Virus record (IMG/VR): IMGVR_UViG_3300005515_000023
Location: 1 to 39,374 of that record
DNA from: a virus
DNA: 39,374 nucleotides
Reading direction: 5' to 3' (one strand)
Shown: positions 1-6,801 of the stretch, piece after piece
Position numbering within the stretch: the stretch's first letter is position 1
Layout: each line of letters opens with the position of its first letter
Made by a program: the position numbers and the translations under genes
The notes under the pieces: generated by a model
Seen by the model: only the letters and a program-made list of their open reading frames with translations
What the model was told of the DNA's origin: nothing
The model's database searches: none

Positions 1-40
1 TCATCGCCGGCCCCGGCCTTTCTCTTGTCCATCTTCTCGC
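1..40. repeat. Direct terminal repeat, copy 1 (identical to 39335..39374)
   Basis: tcatcgccggccccggcctttctcttgtccatcttctcgc is present verbatim at both window ends. Confidence 0.95.
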
Positions 41-133
41 GAGCGTCCGCCAAGACCTGCCTCACGAGAACATCGAGTCTGACCATTCGTCTCCCCCCTT
101 CGCGTCCTCACAGTCGCGAAAGGAACAGCCGAG

Positions 134-559
134 ATGTCGGTCAAATCAGCCCAGCTTGGAATTTCTAGACAAGGTTCAGATGAGATGAGTTGCTTCGCTA
201 TCCAGGCCCGATCCCACCTCGGGGCCATCGTCCAATTCGTCGCTCCGGCAATGCCGCTCAAGTCTGCTTTGCCGCGCGTCGCTGCCTATGTCGGCCTGAA
301 TGCCCGTCGCTGCCGCGCCCTTTGGAACAAGGAAGCGCGGGCGATCCTGGCACACGAAATCCATCAGCTCGAAGCAGCTCGCGCCCGCATTTCCGAGCGG
401 CTTCTGACCAAGGACATGCACGACCATGCGAGTCATCTGGAGATCCGCGCGGCCCGTCTGGCTGCGGATGATGGCGATTTTCACCGGGAAGAGATTTCAC
501 GCCTGCGCCGAATGGCTCAGCGAGCGAGGGACTTCGCTGCTGATCTGGGGGAGGCGTAA
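134..559 (+). CDS. Hypothetical early protein (cII-like map position)
   Basis: AAGGA lies about 9 nt upstream of the ATG. The frame is GC3-rich and the stop TAA abuts the next ATG. No recognisable domain. The antisense ORFs 1..261 and 176..484 look spurious. Confidence 0.6.
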   Translation: MSVKSAQLGISRQGSDEMSCFAIQARSHLGAIVQFVAPAMPLKSALPRVAAYVGLNARRCRALWNKEARAILAHEIHQLEAARARISERLLTKDMHDHASHLEIRAARLAADDGDFHREEISRLRRMAQRARDFAADLGEA

Positions 560-1009
560 ATGAGCGCGCCATGGCATGACGAAGCACGACGGCTGAAAGC
601 CGACGGAAAGCCGACGAGAGAGATCGCCCGGCTTGTCGGGCGGTCGCAAACCGTTCTCATCGACTTCTTCAATCCGGCTTCGGCCCAGCGCCGGCGGCTT
701 CGCAAGATCGAGCGGCGCGCAGAGGCGCGCCTGTCGTACAACGGAGAGCGCAAGCGCGCCTTCATTGAGCCAGAGGTTTTGGACGCAGCAGTCGTCGCAT
801 CCTATGGCGATAAGCCTTCGCGCCACGTGCCGAGCCTGCCCAAGATCAGTCTCCAGGCAGTCGTTGACGAGCCCAAGCCGCTTCGGATCGTAACCCGAAC
901 AGTCTTCACCGATGACGCTGGCGCAGATCGTTGGCGCGAAGTGCATCGCAAGATGATCCGAGAGGGGCGGATTTCCCAACCTGGCTTGGTTGAGGAGATG
1001 CGACATTGA
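560..1009 (+). CDS. Early protein with N-terminal helix-turn-helix-like segment
   Basis: WHDEARRLKADGKPTREIARLVGRSQTVL resembles a GcrA / sigma region 4 type HTH. The stop TGA overlaps the TTG start of the next gene (TTGA). Confidence 0.6.
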   Translation: MSAPWHDEARRLKADGKPTREIARLVGRSQTVLIDFFNPASAQRRRLRKIERRAEARLSYNGERKRAFIEPEVLDAAVVASYGDKPSRHVPSLPKISLQAVVDEPKPLRIVTRTVFTDDAGADRWREVHRKMIREGRISQPGLVEEMRH

Positions 1010-1380
1010 AGGTCGTTAAACTCGATCTCCCGCAGCCGGTATCGGCGAACCGCATCTGGCGGACGACCCGCACCGGCCGGACGTACCTGAACCCGCGCTA
1101 CAAAGCTTGGCGGGAGGACGCTCTTAGCCGCCTCTGGGAGCAAAAGCCGGCAGGAGGGTTTCCCTTCTTCCCGAGCGCTTTCGACGTGCAGATCATTATG
1201 CCTGTGAAGCTCCGGGCTGACATCGACAACATGATCAAGCCGTTGCTCGACTTTCTCGCGGAGCCGGCGCGCATCATCGCCAACGATCGGCATACGCGCA
1301 GTGCTTCGATCAGCCGCTCTGCCGATATCGCCAAGGGCATGTGTCGCGTGTTCGTCTACGAGACGAAGGAGGCGGCATGA
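1006..1380 (+). CDS. rusA: RusA-family Holliday junction resolvase
   Basis: LPQPVSANRIW...YKAW near the N-terminus and ADIDNMIKPLLDFL...IANDRH match the RusA pattern (LPxPxSxN, DxDN..K..xD.L, xDD). Size of 124 aa is typical. Confidence 0.85.
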   Translation: MKVVKLDLPQPVSANRIWRTTRTGRTYLNPRYKAWREDALSRLWEQKPAGGFPFFPSAFDVQIIMPVKLRADIDNMIKPLLDFLAEPARIIANDRHTRSASISRSADIAKGMCRVFVYETKEAA

Positions 1381-1556
1381 CGAACGTTGTCGACATGACC
1401 AAGCCTCTGCTCAAGCGTCGCGAGGAAGAGGCACGGCGCAAGTTCGGCTTTGAGCCGGGGCAGACCGCTATTCCGATCGGCTATGCCGCCGCGCTCCTTG
1501 TCGAGCGCACGAGACTTCGCATGGCCGAGCAGCGCAATCGCGAGGCCGCTCGATGA
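1377..1556 (+). CDS. Hypothetical small protein
   Basis: ATGA overlap with the rusA stop and with the dnaB start, so it is translationally coupled. 59 aa. Confidence 0.5.
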   Translation: MTNVVDMTKPLLKRREEEARRKFGFEPGQTAIPIGYAAALLVERTRLRMAEQRNREAAR

Positions 1557-2974
1557 ACGCGCACTTCGACGCCTATCAGGCTTGGGGCGATGGGATCGCC
1601 AGCATCGAGATGTCGCTCATTGGCGGCGTGATCCTGCATGCGGGATCAGTTGGCCGCGTCCTGATGACGGGCATCGAGGCAGAACACTTTGCGGACCCTG
1701 GCTGTCGTGCTCTCTGGCAGCGCATCGCCGATATCGTGGCGCGAGGCGGCGCTATTGACCACCGCACCGTACTTCAAGGCGGCGCGTCGGTCGTCGTAGA
1801 GCCGGGGGCGGATCACAATGCCTTCCTCGCCAAGATCCTTGCTGAGGCCGCTACAGCCCATTCGCTGACCGAGTACGCCAATCTCGTGAAGTCGGCATGG
1901 GTCATCCGCAGTTTCATCCAGAACGCCGATCACGCGCGCTCCGAGGCTGCGACATCCGACACCATCGCGCTGTCCCGCAATCTGATTGATGCGGTCGATA
2001 GCTTGAGAGACGGCGCATTCGATCGCGCCGGTTCGCGTCGCGGGTCGTTGAAGCAGATTTCCGAGATCGTAGGCCGCGAGGCACAGGAGATGATCCAGGG
2101 GCTTCGCGAGAGGCCGCCCGGCACCGGCTGGGCCGATCTCGACAAGCACCTGCCCATGGGAGGTCTTGCACCGGGGTCGCTGATCATCCTGGCCGGTCGA
2201 ACGGGCGCCGGCAAGACCATGATGTCGTCTGCCCTTGCTGCACAGCTTTCATTCGCGGGACATGGAGTCGTCTATTTCTCGCTTGAGGTCCCATCCACCG
2301 AGATCGCCGCCCGCGTCGTTTGCTCGCGGCTGCGCGGCAAAGCCCCTTCCTATGGCGATGTCCTCTCAGGTCGCATCACAGAAGACGAGCTAGAGCGGTT
2401 CCTGCGCGTGCAGGAGGACTTCAGCGCCGTCCCGATGGAGATCGAGGACGCGCCGGCCATGGGCATTCAGGACATCAACCTTGCTGCCCGCAAGGTAGCG
2501 CAACGGTTCGAGCGCAGCGGCCAGAAGCTGGGCCTCATCGTCGTAGACCATGCCCAGATCGTGAAGCCAACGGCGCGCTATCAGGGCAACCGCGTCGGAG
2601 AGCTTGGCGAGATCGCCAATGCCGCGAAGGTCATGGCCAAGCAGCTCGGCTGCTCTGTCGTCCTGTGCAGCCAGCTCAACCGTGGCGTAGAGGGGCGCGA
2701 CGACAAGCGTCCGCAACTGTCTGACCTCAGAGCATCTGGCGAGGTCGAGGAAGCCGCGGACGCCGTCCTGATGCTCTACCGCGAGGCCTACTACCTGGCG
2801 CGGGATAAGGACTATCTGGCCGGAGACCCTACCGCATTGGATCGCATGGACGTGGTCCGCAATCAGCTTTCGGTCGGCGTCGAGAAGTCCCGCCAAGGCT
2901 CAACGGGCCAATGCACGCTCTGGTGCGACCCGGCCCGCTCGATCGTCACTGGATGGCATGGAGATCGGCGATGA
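1553..2974 (+). CDS. dnaB: DnaB-type replicative DNA helicase
   Basis: Walker A GRTGAGKT. DnaB C-terminal motifs LIVVDHAQIV, SQLNRGVEGRDDKRPQLSDLRASGEVEEAADAVLMLYREAYY. DnaB_N-like IEMSLIGGVIL at the N-terminus. Confidence 0.9.
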   Translation: MNAHFDAYQAWGDGIASIEMSLIGGVILHAGSVGRVLMTGIEAEHFADPGCRALWQRIADIVARGGAIDHRTVLQGGASVVVEPGADHNAFLAKILAEAATAHSLTEYANLVKSAWVIRSFIQNADHARSEAATSDTIALSRNLIDAVDSLRDGAFDRAGSRRGSLKQISEIVGREAQEMIQGLRERPPGTGWADLDKHLPMGGLAPGSLIILAGRTGAGKTMMSSALAAQLSFAGHGVVYFSLEVPSTEIAARVVCSRLRGKAPSYGDVLSGRITEDELERFLRVQEDFSAVPMEIEDAPAMGIQDINLAARKVAQRFERSGQKLGLIVVDHAQIVKPTARYQGNRVGELGEIANAAKVMAKQLGCSVVLCSQLNRGVEGRDDKRPQLSDLRASGEVEEAADAVLMLYREAYYLARDKDYLAGDPTALDRMDVVRNQLSVGVEKSRQGSTGQCTLWCDPARSIVTGWHGDRR

Positions 2975-3792
2975 GCGTTCAAGCCATCGGCTGGGCATTG
3001 GCGCAGAAAGTGGGCTCGTCGTCCGCAAAGTCTGTCCTTGTGGCCATCGCCAACTATGCCGACGAGAACGGTCAGTGCTGGCCGTCTCAAGGAAGGATCG
3101 CTTCCGACACCGAGCTGACTGACCGATCAGTTCGAACGGCGATGGCTCTGCTTGAGGAAAATGGGTTCATCAACCGCGTCGAACGCCGGAGGCCGGACGG
3201 CAGCCGCGCTACCGATACGATCAGCCTGATCATGCAACCGGAAAAATCTTCCGCACCCCCGGAAACTGCTTCCAAAAAGGCGGAAACAATTTCCCCACCC
3301 CCGGAAGGAGTTTCCGGGCTCACTACGTTTGAACCGTCAGTTAACCATCAAGAACCAGTAGCGCGCGCGAGCGCTGCCATGGTCGATCCCATCGCCAAGC
3401 TGAAAATCGACATCGTCAAGGCATTCTCCGCAGCGGGGTCGATGACGCTCGTACCGGATACGCATCGAGCGGAGCGATGGATTGCGCAGGGATACAGGCC
3501 CGATCTGATAATCGCGACGATCCGCGAATGCCTAGCCCGGAAGCCTCATGTCACGACGCTTTCCTATTTCGACAAGCCGATAGCTGAGGCGCACACGGCC
3601 AAGCCTGCATCCATCGCAAGGCCCATGGACCCGGAAACCGAGTGGCGCAACAAGCTGACGCGCTGGTTCGAGAAGAACGACTGGCCCGGCATGTGGGGTG
3701 ATCCTCCCGGACATCCCTGCTGCAAGATCCCGGCTGCATTCATCGCAGCCTTCAACCCATCCCATCTCCCCAGGAACGAGGAAGCGGCATGA
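2971..3792 (+). CDS. Replication initiator (lambda O-like; N-terminal winged HTH, linker carrying iterons)
   Basis: Start at MSVQAIGW (ATGA overlap with the dnaB stop). AKSVLVAIANYADENGQCWPSQGRIASDTELTDRSVRTAMALLEENGFI is a typical phage replication-protein wHTH. Four phased iterons lie in the linker-coding part. Confidence 0.7.
   Translation: MSVQAIGWALAQKVGSSSAKSVLVAIANYADENGQCWPSQGRIASDTELTDRSVRTAMALLEENGFINRVERRRPDGSRATDTISLIMQPEKSSAPPETASKKAETISPPPEGVSGLTTFEPSVNHQEPVARASAAMVDPIAKLKIDIVKAFSAAGSMTLVPDTHRAERWIAQGYRPDLIIATIRECLARKPHVTTLSYFDKPIAEAHTAKPASIARPMDPETEWRNKLTRWFEKNDWPGMWGDPPGHPCCKIPAAFIAAFNPSHLPRNEEAA
3238..3317. repeat. Putative origin iterons: 4 x GGAA-N5-TTCC at exact 21-bp spacing
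   Basis: GGAA starts at 3240, 3261, 3282 and 3303, each followed after 5 nt by TTCC. Most are flanked by CC..G. A relatively AT-rich stretch follows (3321..3363). Confidence 0.6.
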
Positions 3793-4049
3793 GCGCAGGT
3801 CTGCACTTCAACAGCCGGTCGGAAGCCGAGCGCGAAGCGATGGTCCAAGCGCTGACTAGCGCGGCAATCGCCATGGAAATGCTGCGACCGGAAAACCATT
3901 CGCAGACCTCGGATAGCGAACTGGCTGCACTGCTCTCGATGGCAGACCACGCGGTTCACGAGGTGCTGGATGTCATCGGTTCTGGCCGGAAGCGCGCGGA
4001 TGCCACTCCAAAATCCCCCCTTCAAAACCAAGAGAGGGACAGGACATGA
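3789..4049 (+). CDS. Hypothetical protein
   Basis: ATGA-coupled to the upstream and downstream genes. GC3-rich frame. Confidence 0.5.
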   Translation: MSAGLHFNSRSEAEREAMVQALTSAAIAMEMLRPENHSQTSDSELAALLSMADHAVHEVLDVIGSGRKRADATPKSPLQNQERDRT

Positions 4050-4351
4050 GCAGGCTTGAGGATTTCAATCAGGTCTACACAGACGCGCCCCGTTCTCCGG
4101 TCAGCGACGAGCCATTCGTCTTTCTGTCGGTCGACTATGACGAGCCCGACCCCAAGACTTACCGGGGGGTAAACGTGTCGGTCAGCCGGGGCACGACCCG
4201 GCGAGAGGAAAGGCTATTCGCCACCTTGGCCGAAGCCGAGGTCTTCGCCCAAAAAATCGGCGGCCACAAAGCCTACTCGTCGTCGTTCGATAATTTCAAG
4301 GCCGACCTCAAGCGACACCGCCCCACCCCCACCGATACCGGAGGACGATGA
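4046..4351 (+). CDS. Hypothetical protein
   Basis: ATGA overlap with the upstream stop. 101 aa. No recognised motif. Confidence 0.55.
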   Translation: MSRLEDFNQVYTDAPRSPVSDEPFVFLSVDYDEPDPKTYRGVNVSVSRGTTRREERLFATLAEAEVFAQKIGGHKAYSSSFDNFKADLKRHRPTPTDTGGR

Positions 4352-4352
4352 G

Positions 4353-4583
4353 ATGAGCGGCTGGGCCATTCTGTTTCTGGCTACAGGGGCATTCTCGGTC
4401 GTTGGCAGCCTTTATCACGCTGGCTTCATGCGCGGACTTTCCCACGCATGGCGAGGGTTGGAGGGCGGCAACCAGCAAGCAGCTGACTGCAACGGCGAAG
4501 CGCGAACCGCGATATGGCGGGCGTTCATCGTCGCAGGCGTAACCGCAATCCTGGTTGCGTGGGTCGAGGGTATCCGCCCATGA
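4353..4583 (+). CDS. Small membrane protein (2 predicted TM helices)
   Basis: GGAGGA lies upstream of the ATG. Hydrophobic segments WAILFLATGAFSVVGSLY and AFIVAGVTAILVAWV. Confidence 0.55.
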   Translation: MSGWAILFLATGAFSVVGSLYHAGFMRGLSHAWRGLEGGNQQAADCNGEARTAIWRAFIVAGVTAILVAWVEGIRP

Positions 4584-4894
4584 CCCTATCCCATGAGGAC
4601 AAGGCTGAGGGCATCTGCGCAGCGCTGGCGCGAGCTGAGGCTGCGTTCGATAAGCGCGGCTGGGTGGAGATGCCGAAAGCTGATCGCGATCGGTACGTCC
4701 AGCGCGCCATGCTCGCCAAGCCTCTTATCGCCCAAGCCATCCGAGAAGCCTGCAACGAGAAGCTGGAGGAGGCGGCGCGCATGATGGATGACGGCCCTCT
4801 CGACACGAAAAAATTCATGAGAGGTGAAATCGCGCCGGCTGAGTTCGAAGAAATTGCAGAGCGGATCAGGGAATTCAAGGACACAACCCCATGA
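4580..4894 (+). CDS. Hypothetical protein
   Basis: Start taken at MTLSHED (ATGA overlap with the preceding stop) rather than the track start 4514, whose N-terminus is R-rich junk. Confidence 0.55.
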   Translation: MTLSHEDKAEGICAALARAEAAFDKRGWVEMPKADRDRYVQRAMLAKPLIAQAIREACNEKLEEAARMMDDGPLDTKKFMRGEIAPAEFEEIAERIREFKDTTP

Positions 4895-5181
4895 CGGACG
4901 AGACAGGGTGGAGGCCGATCACCGAGGAGCCAGATCGGCCGATGACGGTGCTCTACTACAGCGCCTTGTGTCGCTGGCACGATCAGAATGGCGTTGAGCA
5001 CACATTCGATGGTGACCGCGACGAGAAATTCGGCCTCGGCTTCTGGGATGGAGAATGGCTCTGGCTGGGGACAGCTCACGGCGTCTTTGAGTTCGAATAC
5101 GAGCCCGGCCACCCAGATTGCCCCACCCACTGGATGCCCGCGCCCCTCCCTCCACCGCCCACACCCAAGGAGAAGGCATAA
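4891..5181 (+). CDS. DUF551-like protein
   Basis: GWRPITEEP near the N-terminus and a C-terminal THWMPAPLPPPP, the characteristic DUF551 signature. A paralogue is at 28943..29263 (-). Confidence 0.7.
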   Translation: MTDETGWRPITEEPDRPMTVLYYSALCRWHDQNGVEHTFDGDRDEKFGLGFWDGEWLWLGTAHGVFEFEYEPGHPDCPTHWMPAPLPPPPTPKEKA

Positions 5182-5711
5182 TGGCCAAAGCCGGACCACG
5201 TCGCCGCGAGAACGTCCGCCGCTATGGCAACGGGCGCATCGTCAATGCTGACCGAGGTGAGAGGCCTGACAAGATCGTCGCCACCGTCCTTGCCCAGCCC
5301 CACCGTCGCGGCGAACGCTCGCACCTGGCCGGATTCGCCTATGGCCGCATGCTGCTAGGCGGGATGATCGATCAGCGCCAGTTCGAAGCCGCAGAGGTCT
5401 TCACCAAGCGCACCGTGCGCCACATGTCGATCGTCACCAGCAGCCTGCCGCGCTTTCCCAGCATCGCCGCCAACATGGTCGGCACGTTCTCGACTGGATC
5501 AGGCGCAGATCCTGACGATGAGACCATCGCCTCTGTCCGGTCAGCCTATTCCGAGATGGAGGACGCGCTTGCTGACAGTGGCATGCTCTACGAGGGCACA
5601 GCCATCCTCACTCGGGTCTGTGTTATGGACAAGGAGATCGAGGGAGACGCAGCTATGGGCGCCTTCCGCTGCGCGCTCAATGTCATCGCGAACAGGCTGA
5701 GGATTGCGTGA
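5181..5711 (+). CDS. Hypothetical protein, last large gene before the late control region (candidate late regulator by position only)
   Basis: Start MAKAGPRRR (TAATG overlap, AAGGAGAAGG upstream). 176 aa. No domain recognised. Confidence 0.6.
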   Translation: MAKAGPRRRENVRRYGNGRIVNADRGERPDKIVATVLAQPHRRGERSHLAGFAYGRMLLGGMIDQRQFEAAEVFTKRTVRHMSIVTSSLPRFPSIAANMVGTFSTGSGADPDDETIASVRSAYSEMEDALADSGMLYEGTAILTRVCVMDKEIEGDAAMGAFRCALNVIANRLRIA

Positions 5712-5896
5712 TGGAACGTCACAGGTGTCGATACTGCCGCAAGCTCGTGCGAGACAAGCCGGTTTTTGGTACGCTGCACGTTTGTCTGTCGGCCGGCAAG
5801 AGGATCGAGATCGACTATTACCGATGGGCGGCCGCAGAGCAGAAGCGGATGAATGCTCAGTGGGAAAAGTATCGCCAGGCCTGCGAGGGCTCTTGA
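5711..5896 (+). CDS. Small zinc-ribbon-like protein (CxxC...HxC)
   Basis: GTGATG overlap with the upstream stop. RCRYCRKL...LHVCLS gives a CCHC arrangement. The stop TGA lies inside the TTGACG hexamer of the candidate late promoter. Confidence 0.5.
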   Translation: MERHRCRYCRKLVRDKPVFGTLHVCLSAGKRIEIDYYRWAAAEQKRMNAQWEKYRQACEGS

Positions 5897-5921
5897 CGTT
5901 TCGCCCCCGAAACGGTATGCC
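5893..5921 (+). promoter_or_regulatory. Candidate late promoter TTGACG-N17-TATGCC
   Basis: TTGACG at 5893..5898, 17-nt spacer, TATGCC at 5916..5921. Sits at the start of a roughly 420-nt non-coding stretch preceding the first late gene. Confidence 0.35.
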
Positions 5922-6247
5922 GATCATGAACATGGGCTCATTCGCCCAGCGTACAGGTTTCAGAGTTCGCCCGCGCCTTGAGATGCTGTGCTCGCAACTC
6001 AGCAGAGGCTTCTAGAGCCGCTTAGACCGGGCGATTCACTTCATGCGGCGGCGTGGAAAGCAGACACGCTGAGAGGACAAAGCAGCGGGCTGGGTGGCCA
6101 GCCTTCCCAAGGGTGGACGGTCAGGTAGCCATAGCGCCGTCCGAAGCCGGGGGCGAAAGCCTACGCGAGATTCCTGACGAATGCTGCAAGCGCGGGCGTA
6201 CCAACGCCTTGCCACAGCCGGAGTAGCGCCCGGCCCGCATGAAATTC

Positions 6248-6272
6248 AACTAGTTCCAAAATGGAACTAGTT
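6248..6272. repeat. Perfect AT-rich inverted repeat AACTAGTTCC-aaaat-GGAACTAGTT
   Basis: 10-bp arms are exact reverse complements and each contains ACTAGT. Striking in a GC-rich genome. It lies immediately upstream of the leader terminator. Confidence 0.9.
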
Positions 6273-6275
6273 CAG

Positions 6276-6305
6276 CCCCGCCCTAGCCGGCGGGGTTCTT
6301 CGTTT
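6276..6305 (+). terminator. Intrinsic terminator-like hairpin before the first late gene
   Basis: CCCCGCC-ctagcc-GGCGGGG followed by TTCTTCGTTT. The RBS AGGAG and ATG 6318 follow directly. Confidence 0.55.
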
Positions 6306-6317
6306 CAGGAGCAGGCC

Positions 6318-6551
6318 ATGGCAAAATACGAATACGCCACCTGCGACACCGACAAGGTTGAGAACGCCAAGGCATCCCTTCATCAGCAGGCAGGCCGCAA
6401 AGGCGAAGAGATCGTCGGCTTCCACGTCTTCACATCGGACAGCTACCCCAAGCTCCAGCAGCACGACGCTACGAAGGGCCAGGAGTTCACGATCATCCTC
6501 GGCTTCACCACGCAGCGAGAGTTGGACAAGGCGAAAGATGGCCGCCCGTAA
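6318..6551 (+). CDS. Hypothetical protein, first late-operon gene
   Basis: Start MAKYEY with CAGGAGCAGG upstream. The track start 6261 lies inside the palindrome and has no RBS. Confidence 0.55.
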   Translation: MAKYEYATCDTDKVENAKASLHQQAGRKGEEIVGFHVFTSDSYPKLQQHDATKGQEFTIILGFTTQRELDKAKDGRP

Positions 6552-6801
6552 GCAGCTCTGGCACCCCGATGCGGTGCGCGAAAAGATCCAGGCAAGTCAG
6601 CTCATCAACCGCCTGACAAAGCACGCCCTTTCCGACAAGCCGATTATGGATGCGTCGCAAGTCACTGCGGCAACGAAGCTGCTTGGCAAGGTTCTGCCTG
6701 ATCTCTCCGCCACTACGCTCTCAGGCGGCCTTGATGTGACCACGCAGACCAAGGAACAGCGTGATGCCGCGGTCGCAGCTGCAACTCGCGCCGACAGCTG
6801 A
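6538..6801 (+). CDS. terS: Terminase small subunit (putative)
   Basis: Internal start MAARKQLW at 6538. IQASQLINRLTKHAL...QVTAATKLLGKVLPDL resembles small terminases of BcepC6B/F116-type podophages as I recall them. Lies directly upstream of and overlapping terL. Confidence 0.5.
   Translation: MAARKQLWHPDAVREKIQASQLINRLTKHALSDKPIMDASQVTAATKLLGKVLPDLSATTLSGGLDVTTQTKEQRDAAVAAATRADS

Larger units (their letters stand above)
5928..6305 (+). ncRNA. Structured non-coding leader of the late operon (6S/put-like candidate, or pac-region RNA/DNA structure)
   Basis: No convincing ORF. Several hairpins visible: 6088..6103 (GGCTGG/CCAGCC), 6115..6142 (GGACGG/CCGTCC), 6195..6208 (GGCGT/ACGCC), palindrome 6248..6272, terminator 6276..6305. 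Confidence 0.3.

Noticed and set aside
1-261. 86-aa minus-strand ORF at the window start
   Set aside because: The product is W/R/G-rich and low in complexity. It overlaps the better-supported + strand gene 134..559 and has no RBS.
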